Shown here piece by piece: positions 36,564 to 47,723 of a stretch of 64,000 nt of DNA. The stretch is from Ranitomeya imitator (Eukaryota): assembly GCF_032444005.1 (NCBI RefSeq), contig NC_091286.1, forward strand, positions 405,604,001 through 405,668,000. Direction: 5' to 3'. The translations under genes and the position numbers were made by a program. Under the pieces are notes generated by a model. It saw nothing but the letters and a program-made list of their open reading frames with translations, was not told the origin of the DNA and made no database searches. Positions within the stretch are counted from its first letter, which is position 1. Every line of letters begins with the position of its first letter.

Positions 36564-38231
36564 CATAGCCTCCCTTCATGACCCAGACGCTGCTGCCACT
36601 TTTTATAACACCACAATAACAGCAACACTCGATTCGGCAGCACTGCTCATGCATAGAAAAACTCATACACTCAACAGGCAGCCCTGGCGGACAAGCTTGA
36701 CCAAAGAACTGAGACGGGCTTCCAGGATTGCTGAGCGGAGATGGAAGCGATCCCGCTCTACAGACCACTTCACTGCATACAAGCATCCCCTCGCCAGCTT
36801 CAAGTCTGCGCTCACTGCTGCAAAACAAACTTACTTCTCATCTCTCATATCCTCCCTGTCTCATAACCCTAAACAGCTTTTCAACACTTTTAATTCTCTA
36901 CTCCGTCCCCTGCACCCCCTCCCTCCCCTCCTCCTTCTGCTGACGACTTTGCCTCCTTCTTTAAACAGAAGATCGATACGATCAGAGAAAGCTTTGGCCC
37001 ACAGCACCCAATGCCCCTCTTAGCTGCTCAACACTGTTCCTCCAAAACCAGCTTCTCCACCATGGCAGAAGATCAGCTCTCCACCCTCCTGTCAAGATCA
37101 CACCTCACCACTTGCACGCTCGACCCGCTCCCGTCCCACCTCATCCCTAACCTCACCACACTCTTCATCCCAACCCTAACATATCTCTTCAACCTATCAC
37201 TCACAACAGGTGTCTTCCCCATATCCTTCAAACATGCCAAGATCACACCCATCCTCAAAAAGCCCTCCCTCGACCCATCCTCTGTATCTAGTTATCGCCC
37301 GATATCTATTCTCCCTTATGCCTCAAAATTGCTGGAACAACATGTCTATCTTGAACTGTCCTCCCACCTCTCCTCCTGCTCCCTCTTTGCCCGGTTCCAA
37401 TCTGGCTTCCGACTCCAACACTCAACTGAAACTGCCCTAACTAAAGTCACCAATGACCTACTAACTGCCTAAAGCAAGGGACACTACTCTGTCCTCCTCC
37501 TCCTGGACCTGTCTTTTGCCTTTGACACTGTAGACCACTCCCTTCTGCTGCAGATCCTCTCATCTCTTGCATCACAGACTTGGCCCTATCCTGGATCTCA
37601 TATCTGACAAACCGAACATTCAGTGTCTCCCTCCCCCACCACCTCCTCACTCCGTCCCATGTTTGTCGGTGTTCCTCAAGGCTCTGTTCTAGGACCCCTA
37701 CTCTTCTCCATCTACACCTTCAGCCTGGGACAGCTCATAGAATCCGACGGTATGCAGTATCATCTCTATGCCGATGAAACGCAGATCTACCTATCCGGAC
37801 CTGACCTCATCTACTTACTCACCAAAATCCCTCACTGTCTTTCTGCTATCTCAGCCTTCTTTTCTGCTCGCATTCTAAAACTGAACATAGACAAAACAGA
37901 ATTCATCATCTTTCCCCCATCTCACTCTACCCCTCCACCAGACCTGTCTGTCAATGTCAATGGCTGCTCAGTTTCCCCAGTCCCTCACGCCAAGTGCCTC
38001 GGGGTGATCCTCAACTCTGCCCTCTCTTTCAAGCCACATATCCAAGCCCTTGCCTCCTCCTGCCATCTCAAACTCAAAAATATCTCCCGGATCCGGGCAC
38101 TCCTTGACCACGACACCACAAAAACACCAGTGCATGCCCTTATCATCTCCCGCCTTGACTACTGCAACCTCCTACTCTCTGGCCTCCCCTCTAGCACTCT
38201 GGCACCACTCCAATCCATTCTACACTCTGCT

Positions 38232-38665
38232 GTGACGTCACCGCTGTGCTCTGCTTTACGGCCGGCGCTGACACAGTCAGTGCAAGGAAGCTGACGGCGG
38301 GGGACGTGACAGACATCAGAATGTGAGTATGTAATTTTTTTTTTTTTTTTAACTTTTACAATGGTAACCAGGGTAAATATTGGGTTACTAAGCGCGGCCC
38401 TGCACTTAGTAACCCGATGTTTACCCTGGTTACAAGTGAACACATCGCTGGATCGGCGTCACACACGCCGATCCAGCGATGACAGCGGGTGATCAGCGAC
38501 CAAAAAAAGGTCCTGATCATTCCCCAACGACCATCGATCTCCCAGCAGGGGCCTGATTGTTGGTCGCTGTCACACATAACGAGATCGTTAGCGGGATCGT
38601 TGCTACGTCACAAAAAGCGTGACGTTGCAACGATATCGTTAACGATATCGTTATGTGTGAAGGTA
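38232..38665. mobile_element. Harbinger-like MITE, one end missing
   Basis: Same family as 17255; ends ...TGTGAAGGTACC followed by TTAA. Confidence 0.75.
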
Positions 38666-38940
38666 CCTTAAGACTTCCTATCCTTATCTATGAAGTGTTC
38701 CCATATCTATGGCTATCCCTCTAACATAATGATCATTCTGCTTCACGTCATGTGTCTTATGTATTACCTTCTCTCTGTACTTTGTTGTGTATAAGTCTGC
38801 GATTCTTCAGAATTTGCTTTAGTCTATGCCTGATGAAGGGACCTGCGTAGTCTCGAAAGTTTGCAATTTGTTACCATCTTTTCAGTTAGCCATTAAAAGG
38901 TATCAACCACTGAGGAGGACTCTCACATCTAAAAATGTTT
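38666..38940 (+). repeat. Inverted copy of the PLE2 pLTR (partner ~22085-22340), with a hammerhead-like motif at 38826-38866
   Basis: Reverse complement of 22085-22340 (~90% by eye). ATGC CTGATGA A GGGAC CTGCGTA GTCTC GAAA GTTT GCAAT. Confidence 0.8.
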
Positions 38941-39199
38941 CAAAAAAATAATTGTATGTATAATTAATAAGCAGTTTCCTAGCGGAAGTCACCGTAAGAA
39001 CTGTGCACACGGTCAGTAATTGGCAGCGCTTTGGAAGCAGCACATGTCTGCTGCATCACTTTCCTATAAATTATACATTTTGCTTTTAAGAAATAGACTA
39101 CATAACAATGGAAATAGTACAACAGCAATACTCAACGGATGCCAAGAAAATGATGCTGTAAAGCGCATTTGTATCTAGACTGGGCAAGGACAATTTTTT

Positions 39200-39870
39200 T
39201 TTTTTTTAGAAATTATAAATGGCAACCTCCAAATGTAACACTTTTCCAATATTGCATCCCAGCAATAATAGTAGTAAAAAGTGCTAAAATGTAATGGCTA
39301 TTGAGATCAGTGTGCATTTTATGTAAAAGGGATAGCAGTGATTTGGCAAGATGGCAAGATTTTGGAAAATTGCTACTCAAGCTAATCTGTTTGTTTGTGT
39401 TTTTTTTTTTTACACATTTTTGAATTCTTTTCATCACTTAAATAAAAAAAGAAAGCAAGTGTGGTACCGTCGTAATCGTACTGACCTAGCCAACCATGTT
39501 TCCAGGCCACTTTTTTTTGCTGCATAATGAATGGCGAAAAATCAAAGCCCAAAAAACAATTGTGGAAATGCGGGTTTTTATCCCGCAATTTCACTTCAAT
39601 TCAAATTCTTTCCCATTTTCCAGTAAATTGTATAAAATGGATGGTGTCATTCAAAAGTACAACTAGTCTCACAAAAAAGCGAGCCCTCGTATGGTTTTGT
39701 TAGTGGGAAAAAATAAAAAAAGTTACGTCTCTTCGAAGAGGGAAAAATTAAAGTACAAAATCGAAAAATAGCTCGATCCCAGAGGTCAAATAATAAAAAA
39801 AAATAGAAGTTTGGTATAGCTGTAACTGCACCGACATGGAGAATCAGGTTTGCAGCACAATGAGCGCTGT
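39200..39870. mobile_element. Degenerate AT-rich non-autonomous DNA-transposon fragment (resembles the 3.5-21.9 kb scaffold family)
   Basis: Shared-looking subterminal motifs; recognition only. Confidence 0.35.
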
Positions 39871-40125
39871 GAAAACAAAACCTGTGTGCACACCTGGGTG
39901 TGGTGCCGAGCCGGCCGCTGCTTGGCGTTGTACACGGGCGCCAGAGCTGCCCTCTCATTGGAAGCATTGTTCTGGGCTGGAACATGGATGAACATAGTGC
40001 AGTTGCCATTTTTTTCCACACAGGCCATTGCGCAACGTGTAAAATCGACCATGTGCACTGGCTATAATGGGGCCGAGCACCTCCTTGGCGCGCACAGACC
40101 ACCCTCCCATCTGAACGAGCCCTTA

Positions 40126-40860
40126 GGCCGGCCTCACACTAGCGAGTTATACGGACGTATGAGAGGCGCAGAAAATATGGATTGCATACGGTACAATGAT
40201 TCTCTATGGCCCAGCTCCTATCTGCCGTATTTTACTGATCCGTATTATACGGTCTTCTACGGCCGTAGAAAATCGCAGCATGCTGCGTTTGTCACCGTAT
40301 TGCGCAAAAAATCCACCAATGAAAGTCTATGGGGGCGAGAAAAAAACGGATTACACACGGACCAGCAGTGTGACTTGCGAGAAATACGCCAGACATCTCC
40401 AGGTGCAAGGAATTATGGCAAACCCTCAATCAGGAAGCTCAGACATGCTAATTAGCTGAAAAAGCCAGACAGACATCCCGGAAGTCTGGTGCTCGCCTCC
40501 ACGGAGTTCAAAACAGCATGGCAAGCATCATAAACATTGAAATGCACCTCATCCAGATGCAACAACCACAAAATGGCCATATGGGAGGGTGCCACCTGTT
40601 GTAGAGGCCTTAAATAGGGTTGCTGATGGTGATTTAAAGAAATTGCAGCTCAAAACCGTTAAATGTCCATTTTGTCAGGTTGCGTGAAAAAAAACGCATT
40701 ACGGTTGGCATATGGATTACACACGCAACATTACATGCGCAAAATACGCGACCACACCTTGCCTACGGATTACATACGGAACACCAGTTTTGGAATTTTG
40801 TGGTGTATTACGGCCGTAAAAAACGGACCGTATTTTCATACGCTAAGTGTGATGCCGGCC
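40126..40860. mobile_element. Harbinger-like MITE
   Basis: TIR GGCCGGCCTCACACT / AGTGTGATGCCGGCC and TTA TSD at 40123-40125 and 40861-40863. Confidence 0.85.
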
Positions 40861-41039
40861 TTAGGCTTTAATATTATTAATTTGGTGCCTTAGTTCTGTA
40901 ATTCACGATTGAGACTCCATTTTCACATTGCTCAAGGAAGCAACTATAGCCAAGTGACTGGAGCAGGAGCTACACCCTGCAGGCGTGACACGCCAGGCAC
41001 ACAGCACTTGCTCTGCCAGAACAATTACTTTGCCAGTCA

Positions 41040-41300
41040 CACCCAGGCCTAAAATGGCCTCACTCTGCTCTCCACACAGAACGTTCCAGAGGGTGCTGCC
41101 GCAGCACGGCCGTGTGGGCGTGGCCCAGCAGGAGGCCATCCCGCTCGCCTCTTTGATAGTACAGTCACGCCTCTCTTAGCCCCATTGAATTCTGGGAGAT
41201 GAAGTCCGTTATGTGTATCATACTGAAGCTGCTAAGAGAAAAAGAACTACATTTCCCGACATACTCAGAACTACAGCCAGCCTCTGCTGACACTGAGCAG
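41040..41300. promoter_or_regulatory. abcc5: Probable abcc5 promoter (CpG-rich; ZNF143/THAP11-type ACTACAnnTCCC motifs in opposite orientations)
   Basis: ACTACATTTCCC at 41246-41257 (+). GGACTTCATCTCCCAGAATTC at 41187-41207 (-). YY1-like AAAATGGC at 41051. First non-TE, CpG-rich island upstream of the coding exon. Confidence 0.6.
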
Positions 41301-41437
41301 GCGCAATGCATCCCTCTCTGGACTCTCCCCGCTGCCCGGCTGCTTGTTTTCGTGAGTTGAAGAGCCGCAGTGGAAGAGACAGGACCGGAGCTTGTGATAG
41401 CACCGAACCTCAGCTACCTGCGCTCACAACTTGCCAG
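41300..41437 (+). other. abcc5: Probable non-coding exon 1 of abcc5 (5' boundary approximate)
   Basis: Donor CCAG|GTAACT at 41437/41438 just downstream of the promoter motifs. Human ABCC5 also has a non-coding first exon. Confidence 0.55.
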
Positions 41438-41748
41438 GTAACTGGGCCCGGGAGCGGTGCTCCTAAACGTCACTGACATCAACGGGGCGTGAGGTAGACT
41501 GAGGCGTTCGGGGGCTTAGCCAGGTCTCCCCTATATCCGGTCCCACAGTGTCAGAATCCTCCCATTGTTACCCGACACCTGAGGCACCAGCAGCAAAACA
41601 CAACAGTATGGAGCCGGTCTCCAATGTCGTCCTTCTACTGACAGAGGTGACATTGCGGAGGCCGAGCTTCATAATCCGGGCACTTCACGGGCAGTGCCGT
41701 AGAGTTAACCCAATAGTGTCCCTGAGGGATGCAAGCAGCCCCCTTCAG

Positions 41749-44700
41749 AGGGATGTTGTCAGAGGCAGGCTGCTCCAGAACACAGGGATGTAGTCAGAGG
41801 TAGGCTGCTCCAGAACACAGGGATGTAGTCAGAGGCAGGCTGCTCCAGAACACAGGGATGTAGTCAGAGGCAGGCTGCTCCAGAACACAGGGATGTAGTC
41901 AGAGACAGGCTGCTCCAGACACAGGGATGTAGTCAGCGGCAGGCTGCTCCAGAACACAGGGATGTAGTCAGAGACAGGCTGCTCCAGGACACAGGGATGG
42001 TGTCAGAGGCAGGCTGCTCCAGAACACAGGGATGTAGTCAGAGGCAGGCTGCTCCAGGACACAGGGATGTAGTCAGAGGCAGGCTGCTCCAGAACACAGG
42101 GATGTAGTCAGAGGCAGGCTGCTCCAGGACACAGGGATGTAGTCAGAGGCAGGCTGCTCCAGGACACAGGGATGGTGTCAGAGGCAGGCTGCTCCAGAAC
42201 ACAGGGATGTAGTCAGAGGCAGGATGCTCCAGGACACAGGGATGTAGTCAGAGGTAGGCTGCTCCAGAACACAGGGATGTAGTCAGAGACAGGCTGCTCC
42301 AGACACAGGGATGTAGTCAGCGGCAGGCTGCTCCAGAACACAGGGATGTAGTCAGAGGCAGGCTGCTCCAGAACACAGGGATGTAGTCAGAGGCAGGCTG
42401 CTCCAGGACACAGGGATGTAGTCAGAGGCAGGCTGCTCCAGGACACAGGGATGGTGTCAGAGGCAGGCTGCTCCAGAACACAGGGATGTAGTCAGAGGCA
42501 GGATGCTCCAGGACACAGGGATGTAGTCAGAGGTAGGCTGCTCCAGAACACAGGGATGTAGTCAGAGGCAGGCTGCTCCAGAACACAGGGATGTAGTCAG
42601 AGGCAGGCTGCTCCAGAACACAGGGATGTAGTCAGAGGCAGGCTGCTCCAGAACACAGGGATGTAGTCAGAGACAGGCTGCTCCAGAACACAGGGATGTA
42701 GTCAGCGGCAGGCTGCTCCAGAACACAGGGATGTAGTCAGAGGTAGGCTGCTCCAGAACACAGGGATGTAGTCAGAGGTAGGCTGCTCCAGAACACAGGG
42801 ATGTAGTCAGAGGCAGGCTGCTCCAGAACACAGGGATGTAGTCAGAGGCAGGCTGCTCCAGAACACAGGGATGTAGTCAGAGACAGGCTGCTCCAGACAC
42901 AGGGATGTAGTCAGCGGCAGGCTGCTCCAGAACACAGGGATGTAGTCAGAGGCAGGCTGCTCCAGAACACAGGGATGTAGTCAGAGGCAGGCTGCTCCAG
43001 AACACAGGGATGTAGTCAGAGGCAGGCTGCTCCAGGACACAGGGATGGTGTCAGAGGCAGGCTGCTCCAGAACACAGGGATGTAGTCAGAGGCAGGCTGC
43101 TCCAGGACACAGGGATGTAGTCAGAGGCAGGCTGCTCCAGAACACAGGGATGTAGTCAGAGGCAGGCTGCTCCAGGACACAGGGATGTAGTCAGAGGCAG
43201 GCTGCTCCAGGACACAGGGATGGTGTCAGAGGCAGGCTGCTCCAGAACACAGGGATGTAGTCAGAGGCAGGATGCTCCAGGACACAGGGATGTAGTCAGA
43301 GGTAGGCTGCTCCAGAACACAGGGATGTAGTCAGAGACAGGCTGCTCCAGACACAGGGATGTAGTCAGCGGCAGGCTGCTCCAGAACACAGGGATGTAGT
43401 CAGAGGCAGGCTGCTCCAGAACACAGGGATGTAGTCAGAGGCAGGCTGCTCCAGGACACAGGGATGTAGTCAGAGGCAGGCTGCTCCAGGACACAGGGAT
43501 GGTGTCAGAGGCAGGCTGCTCCAGAACACAGGGATGTAGTCAGAGGCAGGATGCTCCAGGACACAGGGATGTAGTCAGAGGTAGGCTGCTCCAGAACACA
43601 GGGATGTAGTCAGAGGCAGGCTGCTCCAGAACACAGGGATGTAGTCAGAGGCAGGCTGCTCCAGAACACAGGGATGTAGTCAGAGGCAGGCTGCTCCAGA
43701 ACACAGGGATGTAGTCAGAGACAGGCTGCTCCAGAACACAGGGATGTAGTCAGCGGCAGGCTGCTCCAGAACACAGGGATGTAGTCAGAGGCAGGCTGCT
43801 CCAGAACACAGGGATGTAGTCAGAGGCAGGCTGCTCCAGGACACAGGGATGGTGTCAGAGGCAGGCTGCTCCAGAACACAGGGATGTAGTCAGAGGCAGG
43901 ATGCTCCAGGACACAGGGATGTAGTCAGAGGTAGGCTGCTCCAGAACACAGGGATGTTGTCAGAGGCAGGCTGCTCCAGAACACAGGGATGTAGTCAGAG
44001 GCAGGCTGCTCCAGAACACAGGGATGTAGTCAGAGGCAGGCTGCTCCAGAACACAGGGATGTAGTCAGCGGCAAGCTGCTCCAGAACACAGGGATGTAGT
44101 CAGAGGCAGGCTGCTCCAGAACACAGGGATGTAGTCAGAGGCAGGCTGCTCCAGAACACAGGGATGTAGTCAGAGGTAGGCTGCTCCAGAACACAGGGAT
44201 GTAGTCAGAGGCAGGCTGCTCCAGAACACAGGGATGTAGTCAGAGGCAGGCTGCTCCAGAACACAGGGATGTAGTCAGAGGCAGGCTGCTCCAGAACACA
44301 GGGATGTAGTCAGAGACAGGCTGCTCCAGACACAGGGATGTAGTCAGCGGCAGGCTGCTCCAGAACACAGGGATGTAGTCAGAGGCAGGCTGCTCCAGAA
44401 CACAGGGATGTAGTCAGAGGCAGGCTGCTCCAGGACACAGGGATGTAGTCAGAGGCAGGCTGCTCCAGGACACAGGGATGGTGTCAGAGGCAGGCTGCTC
44501 CAGAACACAGGGATGTAGTCAGAGGCAGGATGCTCCAGGACACAGGGATGTTGTCAGAGGCAGGCTGCTCCAGAACACAGGGATGTAGTCAGAGGCAGGC
44601 TGCTCCAGAACACAGGGATGTAGTCAGAGGCAGGCTGCTCCAGAACACAGGGATGTAGTCAGCGGCAAGCTGCTCCAGAACACAGGGATGTAGTCAGAGG

Positions 44701-47700
44701 CAGGCTGCTCCAGAACACAGGGATGTAGTCAGAGGCAGGATGCTCCAGAACACAGGGATGTAGTCAGAGGCAGGTTGCTCCAGAACACAGGGATGTTGTC
44801 GGAAGCCGTCTGCTCCAGGGCACAGGGATGTTGTCGGAAGCCGTCTGCTCCAGGGCACAAGGATGTTGTCGGAAGCAGAACACAGGGATGTTATCAGAGG
44901 CAGGCTGCTCCAGAACACAGGGATGTTGTCAGAGGCAGGCTGCTCCAGAACACAGGGATGTAGTCAGAGGCAGCCTGCTCCAGAACACAGGGATGTAGTC
45001 AGAGGCAGGCTGCTCCAGAACACAGGGATGTTGTCAAAGGCAGGCTGCTCCAGAATACAGGGATGTAGTCAGAGGCAGGTTGCTCCAGAACACAGGGATG
45101 TTGTCGGAAGCCGTCTGTTCCAGGGCACAGGGATGTTGTCGGAAGCAGGCTGCTCCAGAACACAGGGATGTAGTCAGAGGCAGGCTGCTCCAGAACACAG
45201 GGATGTAGTCAGAGGCAGGCTGCTCCAGAACACAGGGATGTAGTCAGAGGCAGGCTGCTCCAGAACACAGGGATGTAGTCAGAGGCAGGCTGCTCCAGAA
45301 CAGAGGGATGTAGTCAGAGGCAGGCTGCTCCAGAACACAGGGATGTAGTCAGAGACAGGTTGCTCCAGAACACAGGGATGTAGTCAGAGGCAGGTTGCTC
45401 CAGAACACAGGGATGTAGTCAGAGGCAGGCTGCTCCAGAACACAGGGATGTAGTCAGAGGCAGGCTGCTCCAGGACACAGGGATGGTGTCAGAGGCAGGC
45501 TGCTCCAGAACACAGGGATGTAGTCAGAGGCAGGATGCTCCAGGACACAGGGATGTAGTCAGAGGTAGGCTGCTCCAGAACACAGGGATGCAGTCAGAGG
45601 CAGGCTGCTCCAGAACACAGGGATGTAGTCAGAGGCAGGCTGCTCCAGAACACAGGGATGTAGTCAGAGGCAGGATGCTCCAGAACACAGGGATGTAGTC
45701 AGAGACAGGCTGCTACAGAACACAGGGATGTTGTCAGAGGCAGGCTGCTCCAGACCACAGGGATAGTGTCAGAGGCAAGCTGCTCCAGAACACAGGGATG
45801 TTGTCAGAGGCAGTCTGCTCCAGAACACAGGGATGTTGTCGGAGGCAGGCTGCTCCAGAACACAGGGATGTAGCCAGAGGCAGGCTGCTCCAGAACACAG
45901 GGATGTTGTCAAAGGCAGGCTGCTCCAGAACACAGGGATGTAGTCAGAGACAGGCTGCTCCAGAACACAGGGATGTAGTCAGAGACAGGTTGCTCCAGAA
46001 CAGAGGGATGTAGTCCGAGGCAGGCTGCTCCAGAACACAGGGATGTAGTCAGAGACAGGTTGCTCCAGAACACAGGGATGTAGTCAGAGGCAGGTTGCTC
46101 CAGAACACAGGGATGTAGTCAGAGGCAGGCTGCTCCAGAACACAGGGATGTAGTCAGAGGCAGGCTGCTCCATGACACAGGGATGTAGTCAGAGGCAGGC
46201 TGCTCCAGAACACAGGGATGGTGTCAGAGGCAGGCTGCTCCAGAACACAGGGATGTAGTCAGAGGCAGGATGCTCCAGGACACAGGGATGTAGTCAGAGG
46301 TAGGCTGCTCCAGAACACAGGGATGTAGTCAGAGGCAGGCTGCTCCAGAACACAGGGATGTAGTCAGAGGCAGGATGCTCCAGAACACAGGGATGTAGTC
46401 AGAGGCAGGTTGCTCCAGAACACCGGGATGTTGTCGGAAGCCGTCTGCTCCAGGGCACAGGGATGTTGTCGGAAGCCGTCTGCTCCAGGGCACAAGGATG
46501 TTGTCGGAAGCAGAACACAGGGATGTTATCAGAGGCAGGCTGCTCCAGAACACAGGGATGTTGTCAGAGGCAGGCTGCTCCAGAACACAGGGATGTAGTC
46601 AGAGGCAGCCTGCTCCAGAACACAGGGATGTAGTCAGAGGCAGGCTGCTCCAGAACACAGGGATGTTGTCAGAGGCAGGCTGCTCCAGAACACAGGGATG
46701 TTGTCAGAGGCAGGCTGCTCCAGAACACAGGGATGTTGTAGGAGGCAGACTGCTCCAGAACACAGGGATGTAGTCAGAGGCAGGATGCTTCAGAACACAG
46801 GGATGTAGTCAGAGGCAGACTGCTCCAGAACACAGGGATGTTGTCAGAGGCAGACTGCTCCAGAACACAGGGATGTTGTCGGAGGCAGGCTGCTCCAGAA
46901 CACAGGGATGTAGTCAGAGGCAGGCTGCTCCAGAACACAGGGATGTTGTCAGAGGCAGACTGCTCCAGAACGCAGGGATGTAGTCAGAGGCAGGCTGCTC
47001 CAGAACACAGGGATGTTGTCAGAGGCAGGCTGCTCCAGAACACAGGGATGTTGTCAGAGGCAGGCTGCTCCAGAACACAGGGATGTTGTAGGAGGCAGAC
47101 TGCTCCAGAACACAGGGATGTAGTCAGAGGCAGGATGCTCCAGAACACAGGGATGTAGTCAGAGGCAGACTGCTCCAGAACACAGGGATGTTGTCAGAGG
47201 CAGACTGCTCCAGAACACAGGGATGTTGTCGGAGGCAGGCTGCTCCAGAACACAGGGATGTAGTCAGAGGCAGGCTGCTCCAGAACACAGGGATGTTGTC
47301 AGAGGCAGACTGCTCCAGAACACAGGGATGTTGTCAGAGGCAGACTGCTCCAGAACACAGGGATGTTGTCAGAGGCAGGCTGCTCCAGAACACAGGGATT
47401 TTTGTCAGAGGCAGGCTGCTCCAGAACACAGGGATGTAGTCAGAGGCAGGTTGCTCCAGAACACAGGGATGTTGTCGGAAGCCGTCTGCTCCAGGGCACA
47501 GGGATGTTGTCGGAAGCAGGCTGCTCCAGAACACAGGGATGTTGTCGGAAGCCGTCTGCTCCAGGGCACAGGGATGTTGTCGGAAGCAGGCTGCTCCAGA
47601 ACACAGGGATGTTGTCGGAAGCCGTCTGCTCCAGGGCACAGGGATGTTGTCGGAAGCAGGCTGTTCCAGAACACAGGGATGTTGTAGGAGGCAGGTTGCT

Positions 47701-47723
47701 CCAGAACACAGGCATGTTGTCAG
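41749..47723. repeat. 35-bp minisatellite, ~170 units, in abcc5 intron 1
   Basis: Consensus AGAGGCAGGCTGCTCCAGAACACAGGGATGTAGTC, with variant units and higher-order duplications of 1048 and 1635 bp. Confidence 0.98.

Larger units (their letters stand above)
29600..38231 (+). mobile_element. L2-clade LINE 2 (APE 29627-30758, RT 36564-38231), split by Gypsy 2 and 3'-truncated
   Basis: ALWNARSVCNKL and GDFNIP APE motifs. RT motifs FQSGFR...[32 protein letters not shown]. Confidence 0.88.

Noticed and set aside
39850-40455. 201-aa ORF
   Set aside because: Runs across a MITE boundary at 40126 and has no recognisable domain.
40903-41139. 78-aa - strand ORF as a divergent gene
   Set aside because: No recognisable homology. 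Kept only as a transcription hypothesis.
41749-47723. CRISPR-like array, or coding repeat ORFs (MLSEAGCSRTQG...)
   Set aside because: Units are contiguous with no unique spacers, the context is eukaryotic and there are no cas genes. The ORFs arise from 35-bp periodicity in stop-free variants.
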